DNA from: Acidobacteriota bacterium
GTDB taxonomy: Bacteria; Acidobacteriota; Terriglobia; Acidiferrales; UBA7541
Length of the DNA stretch: 64,000 nt
Assembly (NCBI GenBank): GCA_013289835.1
Contig: JABCZG010000027.1
Coordinates: 951 to 64,950, forward strand
Direction of reading: 5' to 3'
Under the pieces are notes generated by a model. The model ran no database searches. It was not told where the DNA came from and saw nothing but the letters and a program-made list of their open reading frames with translations. Made by a program: the position numbers and the translations under genes. Below are positions 33,838 to 42,191 of this stretch, one piece after another; the stretch's first letter is position 1; each line of letters starts with the position of its first letter.

Positions 33838-35199
33838 TTAGTTAAGCAGAGTGCGGATTCGGCGAAGAGATGATGCGAATTGATCGGCGTTGTAGGCGGA
33901 GGGATTTTCGAGTTGTTGGAAGAGGGCGTTGATGGCGGCGCGGACTTCGGGGGCGTTGGCGGGCTTGGCGTCTTTGCTGTAGGCGATGTAGAGCGAATCG
34001 ATGGCCATGGTGGCTTGCTCGGCGGCGCGCTCGTCGGCGAGGGAGATATTTTCGGCGTCATCGGAAATCTGCTGGAGCATGTGCAACGCAAGAGTTTGAT
34101 TGTATGGCATGGTGGCCAGGTGTTCGGCGATTCTCTGGACTAGCGGCGCGGCAGCGGAGGCGGCGGAGGCAACGGCGTTGCGATCGGAATTGAGTTTGCT
34201 CATTTCGCCGGAAACAAGTAGCAACTGTCGATCCAATTCTTGCGCGCTTGCGGAATCGATTTGCTTCGCCAGCAAACGAAAGACGGTGTATCTGGAACTG
34301 TTCCACGCCGGATCGCCGGGGCGACGCCCGGCGAAACCATGTTCCTGGCGCCAACTGTCTTTTGCGGGGCCCAGGGAATGGTGGCAGGCGAAACAGGAAA
34401 GTTCGGAATACTCGGGCCACACATCTTTTTTGTCGAAGCGTTCGTTTTTTGCGCGCCAGGTGAGTCTTTCCATTTCTGCGCGCAATTGCACGGCCTGGCC
34501 GGTGCTCCATTCGCGAACGCCAACCCACGCGGCATCTTCGACGGGTTTACCGGGCTCGGATTCGCGCGGGACTTTCCAGTGGCGCGGCATCACGGCGGAA
34601 AACGAATCGAGTTCGAAATAGAGGTCAGGATGGCCAGCCGCGATCATCTCGTGGTCCACAAATTTGTTTTTTGTTCCAAGATGGCATTCGAGGCATTTTT
34701 CGGTGCGATGAATCACGTCGCGCGTGTCCGCCATTCCTAGCGCGACGGATTTTTCATGCGGCCACGAACGCGTGGTGTGTGGACCCAGCCATGCCGAAGC
34801 GGGTCCGTGGCAATTCTCGCAGGAGACGCCCTCGGAGATTTCGAACGCGCGGCCGCGCTGTTCGGGCGGCGGATTCAGTGCGTGACACGCCAGGCACTTT
34901 GGCGATTCTTCGGCCTTCGCGCCGAGTTTCAGAATTCGAGCCATGCGTTCGCCGACGTCTCCGGTCAGCGCCTGGTAGGCGCGGCTGTGCTTGTCCTGGA
35001 TGATCCAAGTGGAATATTCGTTTTGGAAAATCCGACTGCCGGCGATGGGTTTTACGCTGCCGTGGCAACTCGTTGCCGCGCAGGAGCCTGGGCCGATGTA
35101 TTTGATGGGCTCATTCTGGGCAGAAAGCACCGCCGGGATAGCCAGGAACCATGCGCAGAGGACAACGCGAAGGATGCAGAGGTTGGAGAATTTGCGCAT
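33838..35199 (-). CDS. Secreted multiheme c-type cytochrome (4 CxxCH + 1 Cx4CH) with helical C-terminal domain
   Basis: Start at MRKFSNLCILRVVLCAWFLAIPAVLSAQ (signal peptide). Heme motifs CAATSCH, CLACH, CENCH, CLECH and CFACH. The last ~200 aa are heme-free. Confidence 0.8.
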   Translation of the reverse strand: MRKFSNLCILRVVLCAWFLAIPAVLSAQNEPIKYIGPGSCAATSCHGSVKPIAGSRIFQNEYSTWIIQDKHSRAYQALTGDVGERMARILKLGAKAEESPKCLACHALNPPPEQRGRAFEISEGVSCENCHGPASAWLGPHTTRSWPHEKSVALGMADTRDVIHRTEKCLECHLGTKNKFVDHEMIAAGHPDLYFELDSFSAVMPRHWKVPRESEPGKPVEDAAWVGVREWSTGQAVQLRAEMERLTWRAKNERFDKKDVWPEYSELSCFACHHSLGPAKDSWRQEHGFAGRRPGDPAWNSSRYTVFRLLAKQIDSASAQELDRQLLLVSGEMSKLNSDRNAVASAASAAAPLVQRIAEHLATMPYNQTLALHMLQQISDDAENISLADERAAEQATMAIDSLYIAYSKDAKPANAPEVRAAINALFQQLENPSAYNADQFASSLRRIRTLLN

Positions 35200-35414
35200 T
35201 CGGTGTGCCGGCGAATCTGTTTGCTTATATCGTTTGCGACTCAGTGAAGTCAACGGGGCGAGGTGTCTTTTTCGCTGCGCGTCGCGAAAAGCCAAAGGGG
35301 CGCTATTTACAGCGCGGGTTCCTGCCAGTAGTATGCAGGGGATTCAGCACGCCACTTTGCGCCGCGCATCGCAATCGCAGCATCGCCGGCGCTTTTCTCG
35401 CGAGACGGGGCGCC

Positions 35415-37145
35415 GTGATCTTCGACGACCTACGGGCCATTCAGCTTCGCCATGGCTTCCTGCCAAAGGCGGAATTGGAGGGCCTCTCACAACGCACCCA
35501 GACGCCACTCTATCAGCTTCATAGTGTCGCGAGTTTTTATCCCCATTTTCATCTGGTGCCGCCGGCCAAAGCGGAAATTCGCGTGTGCGCGGACATGAGC
35601 TGCCGGTTGAATGGCGCGTGCGAGCTTCGCGCGGATGTGGAGCGGCGATTTGCCGACGCGCGCCCAGAGGATGTGCAGATTCGCGATGTTTCGTGTCTTG
35701 GGCGCTGCGATCACGCGCCTGCTGTATCCATCAACGATGCGATTTTCACGGATGTGAGCGGCGAACACGCCGAGGAGATTGCGCGGCGCGCGATCCGCGG
35801 GGAGGACATTCACGAGCCGCATCCGGAGCAGGCGCGGGTGGAGTGCAAGGCGGATCCTTATGGTGATGGCGCGGCGCAAAACGAACGATATGACGTCGTT
35901 CGAAAGCTTGCGCAATCGCGCGCGTTCGAAAACGTTATTGCACAGCTGAAAGCGGCCGAGCTGCGTGGGATGGGCGGGGCGGGATTTCCTACGAGCATGA
36001 AGTGGGATCTGGTGCGAAAAGAGGCCGACCCGGTCAAATATATTGTGTGCAACGCGGATGAGAGCGAGCCGGGCACGATTAAAGACCGCTTCATCATGAC
36101 GCATCTGCCGCATTTGCTGATCGAAGGGATGATCCTCGCGGGGATGGTCACCGGCGCAAAGCGCGGGATCCTTTACATCCGGCACGAATATCATCTGCAG
36201 GAAGAAATTCTTGGTGAAGAGATTCGACGCTGTTATCGGGCGGGGCTGCTGGGAAAAAGCATTCTTGGAACACCGCTGGCGTTTGATCTGGAAGTTTTTG
36301 TCAGCCCCGGCGGATACATTTGCGGGGAAGAGTCGGCGCTGCTGGAGGCCATCGAAGGGCACCGCGCGGAGCCGCGCAACAAACCTCCTTTTCCGGTGCA
36401 AGCAGGTCTCTGGCAGAAACCGACGGTCATCAACAATGTCGAGACATTTATTAACGTCCCGCAGATTCTGGCGCGGGGAGTGGATTGGTTTGCAGCGCAA
36501 GGCGCAGGGGTGTCGCGCGGGTTGAAATTTGTTGGCGTCAGCGGGCACGTGGCGCGGCCGGGGATTTTCGAAGTGGCCATGGGGACGCCGATGCGCGAGG
36601 TAATTTTCAAACACGCGGGCGGAATTCGCGGCGGCCGCGAATTGAAAGCGTTTGCGCCGTCCGGACCGTCGTCAGGGTATCTTCCTGCTTCGATGGTTGA
36701 TGTGCGTCTGGATTTCAAGGCGCTTGCCGAAGCCGGCTCGATGCTGGGATCCGGAGCGATCGTTGTGTGCGACGACAGTACTTGCATGTTGGACATGGCG
36801 CTGGCTGCGGTGCGCTTTTATCGCAATGAATCGTGCGGCAAATGCGTTCCCTGCCGCGTGGGGTCGCAGAAAATGACGGATATGCTGGTGCGCTGGACGC
36901 AAGGCGGATTGCCCGAATCGCAATATCTGGCGGACCTCGCGCTGCTCGAGGAACTGTCGCAGGCCATGAGTTTAACTTCGATCTGCGGGCTTGGGCAGAT
37001 TGTTCCTGCGCCGATTCAGTCAGTGCTGAAACATTTTCGGGCTGAAATTGACGCGCATGTTTTGAAGGGGCAGTGTCCGAGCGGGATTTGTTTTACGCCT
37101 GCTGCGCGTGCGGGAGAAGCGCAGCGCGTTGGGATTCGACCTTGA
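35415..37145 (+). CDS. Fused NuoE-like/NuoF-like NAD(P)H dehydrogenase flavoprotein
   Basis: NuoE-type 2Fe-2S ligands (CADMSC ... CLGRC). NuoF motifs GMGGAGFPT (FMN), CNADESEPGT (NADH) and ESCGKCVPCRVG (4Fe-4S). GTG 35415 is chosen because the 35151 start would overlap the divergent cytochrome gene. The start is uncertain. Confidence 0.85.
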   Translation: MIFDDLRAIQLRHGFLPKAELEGLSQRTQTPLYQLHSVASFYPHFHLVPPAKAEIRVCADMSCRLNGACELRADVERRFADARPEDVQIRDVSCLGRCDHAPAVSINDAIFTDVSGEHAEEIARRAIRGEDIHEPHPEQARVECKADPYGDGAAQNERYDVVRKLAQSRAFENVIAQLKAAELRGMGGAGFPTSMKWDLVRKEADPVKYIVCNADESEPGTIKDRFIMTHLPHLLIEGMILAGMVTGAKRGILYIRHEYHLQEEILGEEIRRCYRAGLLGKSILGTPLAFDLEVFVSPGGYICGEESALLEAIEGHRAEPRNKPPFPVQAGLWQKPTVINNVETFINVPQILARGVDWFAAQGAGVSRGLKFVGVSGHVARPGIFEVAMGTPMREVIFKHAGGIRGGRELKAFAPSGPSSGYLPASMVDVRLDFKALAEAGSMLGSGAIVVCDDSTCMLDMALAAVRFYRNESCGKCVPCRVGSQKMTDMLVRWTQGGLPESQYLADLALLEELSQAMSLTSICGLGQIVPAPIQSVLKHFRAEIDAHVLKGQCPSGICFTPAARAGEAQRVGIRP

Positions 37146-37146
37146 T

Positions 37147-39318
37147 ATGACGACTGCCGCTACACCTCCGGGAATGGTGGACATCACGCTCGACGGGAAC
37201 GTCGTACGTGTGCCTGCGGGCGTGAGCGTTTTTGACGCGGCGCGCATGAATGGCGTCAACATCCCTACTCTTTGCCATTTGCAGAACCAGACTCCTGTGG
37301 GGGTGTGCCGGCTTTGCGTTGTGGACACGGGCGCGCGCGTTCTCACCGCTTCCTGCGTTCGAACGGTCGAGCCGGGGATGAAGGTGGTCACAAATTCGGA
37401 GAAAGTTCTGAATGCGCGCAAGACGCTGCTTGAGTTGATGATGTCCGATCATCCTTCGCCTTGCGTGCGACAACAGAATTCGGGCGATTGCGAATTGGAA
37501 ATGCATGCGAGGGCGGCTGGGGCTTCTCAAGCGCGATTCGCAAAGCGCACGGTCGCTCGCGGCAAGGATGATTCATCGCTGGCAATCGCTGTGGATCACG
37601 ACGCCTGCATTCTGTGCGACCGGTGCATCCGCGGATGTGATGAGGTAAAAAGCAATTTTGTGCTCGGGCGTATGGGCAAAGGGTACTCCGCAGGAATTGC
37701 ATTCGATCTGAATTCGCCGATGGGGGATTCCACGTGCATTTCTTGCGGCGAGTGCATGGTGTCCTGTCCCACGGGTGCGTTGACGAACAAGAGCGTCGTC
37801 GGCACTGCGATTGCGGCGGGGCCTGATGCGCAGGGCTTCGAGGCGGAAGATCTTCTGCAGATTCCCGTTTTCAAGGGAGTTTCCGGGACATTTCTTGAGC
37901 TCAATCGCGGCGCGATCGTCAAGCGCCGGTTCCGCAAGGGCGATCTCATGTGCCGCGAAGGGGAGTTCGGGTCGACAGCGTTCTACATTCTGGAAGGCAA
38001 GGCCAAAGTATCCATTTCCACGCCCATTGCGCACGTGAAGACGCAGGGTGGGGCCAAGGGATTTTTCAAACGACTTACCAGCACGCTGGTCGCGCGCGAG
38101 GAGGACAAGCGCGAGGGGGAAACGCGGGACAGGACGATTCCGATTGATGCTTCCGTGGATCTTTCGTATGGGAACCCCGTAGCGGAACTTGGGCCCGGCG
38201 ATCTATTTGGCGAAATGACGTGCATGAATTTTTACCCGCGGTCGGCGACGGTGGTTGCGGAATCGGATGTGGTCGCGTTCGAAATGCTGCGGAATGTTCT
38301 GGATATCATGCTGAAGAACAAGACGTTTCGCGCGCAACTGGATCAAACGTACCGGCGGCGGGCTCTGGAAAATCATCTGCGCGGCGTCCCCATGTTCGCA
38401 GACCTCTCGGCTGATTTCATCGAGCACCTGAAGGAGAGTGTGGAGTTGCAGCGATTTGCTCCCGGCCAGACCATCGCGCTGCAGGGCGAGCCGGCGGACT
38501 GTTTCTATCTGGTGCGCATCGGCTTTGTGAAGATTTCGGAAAATTATCCGGGCGGCGAGATGGTGCTCGCGTATTTATCGCGCGGTGATTATTTTGGAGA
38601 GATCGGATTGCTGGGCGGTGGGATTCGAACGGCGACTTGCACGGCGCTGGACCACGTTGAGGTTGTACGGATTTCAGGTGATGATTTCCGCGACATGGTC
38701 GCGCGTTTTCCGAGCGTTCGAACGGGGCTGGAAACCGTGGCGTCGGAGCGGCGCGCGGCGAATCAGCAGCGCATGCAGATGGTTCATAACGTCTCCATCG
38801 ATCAATTTTTGTCACAAGGATTGATGGAAGCGCAGAGCCTGCTGATTCTGGATTTGCAGAATTGCACGCGTTGCGATGCTTGCGTGAATGCCTGCGCGGA
38901 CGCACATGACGGCGTAACGCGGCTGGTGCGCGATGGGTTGCGTTTCGATCAATATCTTGTGGCCACAAGCTGCCGGCAGTGCCGCGATCCGCTGTGCATG
39001 GTGGGCTGCCCGGTTGGCTCGATTCGAAGGCGGAATTCGCTGGAAGTGATTATTGAAGATTGGTGCATCGGGTGCGGGCTGTGCGCGCAGAATTGTCCAT
39101 ACGGAAATATTAATTTGCATCCGTTTGAAGTGATGGTGGACGATCCGGAGCGGGCTGGGCGGAAGAAGGCGGCGATCAAGCAGAAGGCGACGTCGTGCGA
39201 TCTTTGCACGCATTTGAAAGAGCCGAGTTGCGTGTATGCGTGTCCGCATGATGCGGCGCATCGCGTGGATCCCAGGACATTTTTCGCCGAGATGCTTGGG
39301 CAGGGTTCCACGAAATGA
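37147..39318 (+). CDS. FeS protein: NuoG-type N-terminal FeS module + 2 cyclic-nucleotide-binding domains + DmsB/HybA-type 4x[4Fe-4S] module
   Basis: N-terminal 2Fe-2S ferredoxin fold (VDITLDGNVVRVPAG...CHLQ...GVCRLCVV). 4Fe-4S motifs CILCDRCIRGC and CISCGECMVSCP. Two CAP-type cassettes (FGEMTCMNFYPRSATVVA, FGEIGLLGGGIRTATCTA). C-terminal motifs CTRCDACVNAC, CRQCRDPLCMVGCP, CIGCGLCAQNCP and CDLC...CVYACP. No HTH. Confidence 0.8.
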   Translation: MTTAATPPGMVDITLDGNVVRVPAGVSVFDAARMNGVNIPTLCHLQNQTPVGVCRLCVVDTGARVLTASCVRTVEPGMKVVTNSEKVLNARKTLLELMMSDHPSPCVRQQNSGDCELEMHARAAGASQARFAKRTVARGKDDSSLAIAVDHDACILCDRCIRGCDEVKSNFVLGRMGKGYSAGIAFDLNSPMGDSTCISCGECMVSCPTGALTNKSVVGTAIAAGPDAQGFEAEDLLQIPVFKGVSGTFLELNRGAIVKRRFRKGDLMCREGEFGSTAFYILEGKAKVSISTPIAHVKTQGGAKGFFKRLTSTLVAREEDKREGETRDRTIPIDASVDLSYGNPVAELGPGDLFGEMTCMNFYPRSATVVAESDVVAFEMLRNVLDIMLKNKTFRAQLDQTYRRRALENHLRGVPMFADLSADFIEHLKESVELQRFAPGQTIALQGEPADCFYLVRIGFVKISENYPGGEMVLAYLSRGDYFGEIGLLGGGIRTATCTALDHVEVVRISGDDFRDMVARFPSVRTGLETVASERRAANQQRMQMVHNVSIDQFLSQGLMEAQSLLILDLQNCTRCDACVNACADAHDGVTRLVRDGLRFDQYLVATSCRQCRDPLCMVGCPVGSIRRRNSLEVIIEDWCIGCGLCAQNCPYGNINLHPFEVMVDDPERAGRKKAAIKQKATSCDLCTHLKEPSCVYACPHDAAHRVDPRTFFAEMLGQGSTK

Positions 39319-40295
39319 GAATGGACAAGACACAGCGCGGATGGGCCTTGGCGGCGGCCGCAATTCTCATGGTGTCGGCTGTGATCTACGTGCTTTATGC
39401 GCTTGGTTCGACGCAAGGACCGCGCGGTAGTAGCGCGATTGGCCTGACTTTTGGCGTCATCGGTTTCGCGTTTATGATTTTCGCGGCGCTGCTCGGGGCG
39501 CGGAAGCGGGTTCCGACTTGGCGTGTTGGGCGTGCACAGACCTGGATGCGCGGGCATCTTTGGCTCGGTTTTCTGGCGCTGCCGATTATTCTTTTTCATG
39601 GCGGATTTCATTTTGGCGGGACGCTCACGCGAGTTTTGATGTGGCTGCTCATTATCACGGTGTTTAGCGGGGTGTTTGGCGCGGCGCTGCAACATTATAT
39701 TCCGCGGGTGATGACTGCGGAGGTGCCGCTGGAGACGATTTACGATGAGATTGGGCACGTGCGATCGCTGCTTCGCGAAGAAGCCGATCGCGCGGTCGAA
39801 TCCGTGTGCGGTCCGATCGGCCTAGACAAAACTTCCGATGCGGAGGTTCGACGCGCTGGGGGATTCACGGCATTGCGCGCGATTGCCGCGTCTGCCGTAC
39901 CACTAAGGACATCGGCTGCGGTCAGCGCGGGCGCAAGCGCGGCCGTTGCGGCTGCACCGGAGATTATTTTGTTAAGCGAAGAGGAAAGTGCGCCGCTACG
40001 CCGATTCTATTTGCAAGAGATGCGGCCGTTTCTCGAGCATCCGGAGCGGCGCGGGCAACGGCTCGGGGATGAGCAGAAGGCGGCCTGCGCGTTTGCGGGA
40101 TTACAAACTTTGCTGCCTGCTGCGGCGCGCGCGACGCTCGACGATCTTACGGATATTTGCGACGAGGCGCGGCAACTGCAGCGGCAGGCGCGGCTGCATC
40201 ACTGGCTGCATGGGTGGTTGCTGGTGCATATTCCGCTTTCGCTTGCGCTGATTTTGCTCGGCGTGGTTCATGCGGTGATGGCGCTGCGCTACTAA
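39315..40295 (+). CDS. Integral membrane protein, putative diheme cytochrome b
   Basis: Five predicted TM helices. His pairs lie 14 positions apart in two helices (HLWLGFLALPIILFH and HIPLSLALILLGVVH). The start overlaps the upstream stop (ATGA). Heme binding is an inference. Confidence 0.6.
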   Translation: MRMDKTQRGWALAAAAILMVSAVIYVLYALGSTQGPRGSSAIGLTFGVIGFAFMIFAALLGARKRVPTWRVGRAQTWMRGHLWLGFLALPIILFHGGFHFGGTLTRVLMWLLIITVFSGVFGAALQHYIPRVMTAEVPLETIYDEIGHVRSLLREEADRAVESVCGPIGLDKTSDAEVRRAGGFTALRAIAASAVPLRTSAAVSAGASAAVAAAPEIILLSEEESAPLRRFYLQEMRPFLEHPERRGQRLGDEQKAACAFAGLQTLLPAAARATLDDLTDICDEARQLQRQARLHHWLHGWLLVHIPLSLALILLGVVHAVMALRY

Positions 40296-40304
40296 CAGGA
40301 AAAC

Positions 40305-41777
40305 GTGGCACGCACACGCACAACGAAAAAACTGGCGCAGCGGATCGACCTCAATTACTTCAAGAGGCCGACGCCGCTGAAGCGGGCGAAATTCTGGCTC
40401 AGCGTGCTTCTGCCGCTGCTTGCGCTGGTGTGGATTGCGGAGCGGACTGTTTTCAGGGACTCGCGCGTTTACAGCAGCGGACGGCTGTCGGAACCGCATG
40501 CGGTGCTTGAAAAAGAATGCGCGGCGTGTCACGTGCTGCAAGCCGGGGCGTTTTCCGCGAAGGCTGCCGATAACGCTTGCCTCGCGTGTCACGACGGGCC
40601 GATCCATCATGTCAATCAGACAAAATCGCTTGAATGCGCAGCTTGCCACTCGGAACACCGCGGCCGCGTGAACGTTCGCGCGGCAAGCGATCAGAGCTGC
40701 GCGGAATGTCATGGGGACTTGAAAGCGAGCGGCGGAGCGATACATTTCGCGTCGCGCATTCACAGCTTTGAAGATGGACACCCGGAGTTTGCGAGGCTGC
40801 GTGACGGGGCGCGCGATCCGGGGACGATCAAGCTCAATCACGCGATTCACATGAAGGCGATTCGGCGTGGGCCCAATGGGCCGATGGTCAGGCTTGAATG
40901 CCGCAATTGTCACCATGCGACCGCAGTAGATGCGGACTTGACCTACGCTGATCCGAAGTACCGCGCCGCGAGCGTGAGCTACAAAGATAGCGACGAAGTG
41001 CTTACGATTCAGGCGGGAACACTCTCGCCTTCCCATCCAATCAGCGGACGCGAGCGGATGGCGCCGGTGAAATTCGCGAGTGCTTGCGCGGCCTGCCACT
41101 TGCTTACATTCGATAAGCGATTTGACGACGGCGTTCCACACGATAAGCCGGAAATCATATATGCGTTCCTCGTGAAGAAATTCCGCGAGTATATCGCGGC
41201 GCACCCGGCGGAGCTACGCGTGCAACGTGATCCGAGCCGAGACATTACGGGAAAGCCCATGGCGCCGGAGGCTCGCATCCTCACGCCTGCGCAGTGGGTT
41301 GCGGAGCGCACCGGCGAAGCCGAGGAACTTTTGTGGCGCAAGACCTGCAACCAATGCCACAAGTTGACTCCTTCTGCAAAAGGTTTGCCAGGAAGGATTG
41401 AGCAATCGGTCCGAGAAAGTGACGCTGGCAAAGGCAATGACAACTCCGTTGAACTGCCATACGTCGTGGCGGCGAACACCACACTGCAGTGGATGCCGCA
41501 TGCGAGATTCGATCATTCAGCGCACACGGGATTTACCTGCGTGAGTTGCCATGCGAAAGCGCTTACGAGCACGGAGGCTAGCGATATTTTGTTGCCGGGG
41601 ATTGCGACTTGCCAGAAGTGCCATGCGCCGGGGGCGGAACATGCGGAGTCGCGGTGTTTCGAATGCCATACGTATCATGATTGGTCGAAGCGCAAGGAAG
41701 TGACGCCGGCGTTTACGCTGCCCGCGCTGCGAACCGGACAGGTTCGCGTTGAAACTCATTCGAACGATGGACGATAA
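40305..41777 (+). CDS. Membrane-anchored decaheme c-type cytochrome
   Basis: N-terminal signal anchor (FWLSVLLPLLALVWIA). Ten CxxCH motifs: CAACH, CLACH, CAACH, CAECH, CRNCH, CAACH, CNQCH, CVSCH, CQKCH, CFECH. GTG start. Confidence 0.85.
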   Translation: MARTRTTKKLAQRIDLNYFKRPTPLKRAKFWLSVLLPLLALVWIAERTVFRDSRVYSSGRLSEPHAVLEKECAACHVLQAGAFSAKAADNACLACHDGPIHHVNQTKSLECAACHSEHRGRVNVRAASDQSCAECHGDLKASGGAIHFASRIHSFEDGHPEFARLRDGARDPGTIKLNHAIHMKAIRRGPNGPMVRLECRNCHHATAVDADLTYADPKYRAASVSYKDSDEVLTIQAGTLSPSHPISGRERMAPVKFASACAACHLLTFDKRFDDGVPHDKPEIIYAFLVKKFREYIAAHPAELRVQRDPSRDITGKPMAPEARILTPAQWVAERTGEAEELLWRKTCNQCHKLTPSAKGLPGRIEQSVRESDAGKGNDNSVELPYVVAANTTLQWMPHARFDHSAHTGFTCVSCHAKALTSTEASDILLPGIATCQKCHAPGAEHAESRCFECHTYHDWSKRKEVTPAFTLPALRTGQVRVETHSNDGR

Positions 41778-41808
41778 TGCGGCGGAAGAAGAGACGCCAG
41801 GGCCAAAG

Positions 41809-42075
41809 ATGAAACGACATCTTCTGACGATACTAATGAGTTTGGTGGCCGCGGTAATCAGCGGCGGGATTTTCGTTATTGCATTGTTTCATCAATTTGC
41901 GCTGGTGGAAGTGGCGGCGAGCATTCTCACGGGCCTGCAGGTGCTTTTCCTCAGTTCTTCGATTGGCGATCTTCTGGATGAAAAGAAAGAGCCGAATCGT
42001 GCGAGGAATTCCGCGGTGGTGTTGGTGACGGTGTTTTTGGTGGCGTTTTATTCCTTCACGCGGTATTTCCACTAG
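41809..42075 (+). CDS. Small hypothetical membrane protein
   Basis: MKRHLLTILMSLVAAVISGGIFVIALF plus two more hydrophobic helices. Alternative starts at 41749 (TTG) or 41767 (ATG) would overlap the cytochrome stop. Confidence 0.4.
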   Translation: MKRHLLTILMSLVAAVISGGIFVIALFHQFALVEVAASILTGLQVLFLSSSIGDLLDEKKEPNRARNSAVVLVTVFLVAFYSFTRYFH

Positions 42076-42098
42076 AGCAGGATTCCGAGCCCGCAATT

Positions 42099-42131
42099 AA
42101 AAAGACAAAACCTCACCCCTGAAGGGGTGAG
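42099..42131 (-). terminator. Rho-independent terminator of the phosphofructokinase gene
   Basis: Read on the minus strand: CTCACCCC, loop TTCA, GGGGTGAG, followed by GTTTTGTCTTTTT. Confidence 0.7.
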
Positions 42132-42191
42132 CTACAGCATCGTTTGCCACAACGGCGCTTGCTGGAACGGTCTTGCAATGAAGCGGCGAAT

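Noticed and set aside
35269-35290. Palindrome TTTTCGC-N8-GCGAAAA in the divergent control region between the cytochrome and NuoEF-like genes, a possible operator
   Set aside because: It has only 7-bp arms, matches no regulator consensus I know, and has no second copy. That is too weak to call a binding site.
35151-35414. The track's upstream start for the NuoEF-like ORF. The same problem affects 2291 (regulator), 8655 and 9197 (secreted proteins), 30931 (M50), 43448 (PFK), 50527 (deacetylase) and 58428/58443 (SDR/ArsR).
   Set aside because: The extensions overlap neighbouring genes or repeats, have odd composition, and precede obvious native N-termini (signal peptides, family-typical first residues, SD sequences). 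Internal starts were used instead.
40297-40313. TGGCACGCACACGCA resembling a -24/-12 sigma-54 promoter
   Set aside because: The GC element is one position off the required spacing. The motif also overlaps the GTG start codon of the decaheme gene, so there would be nothing to transcribe.
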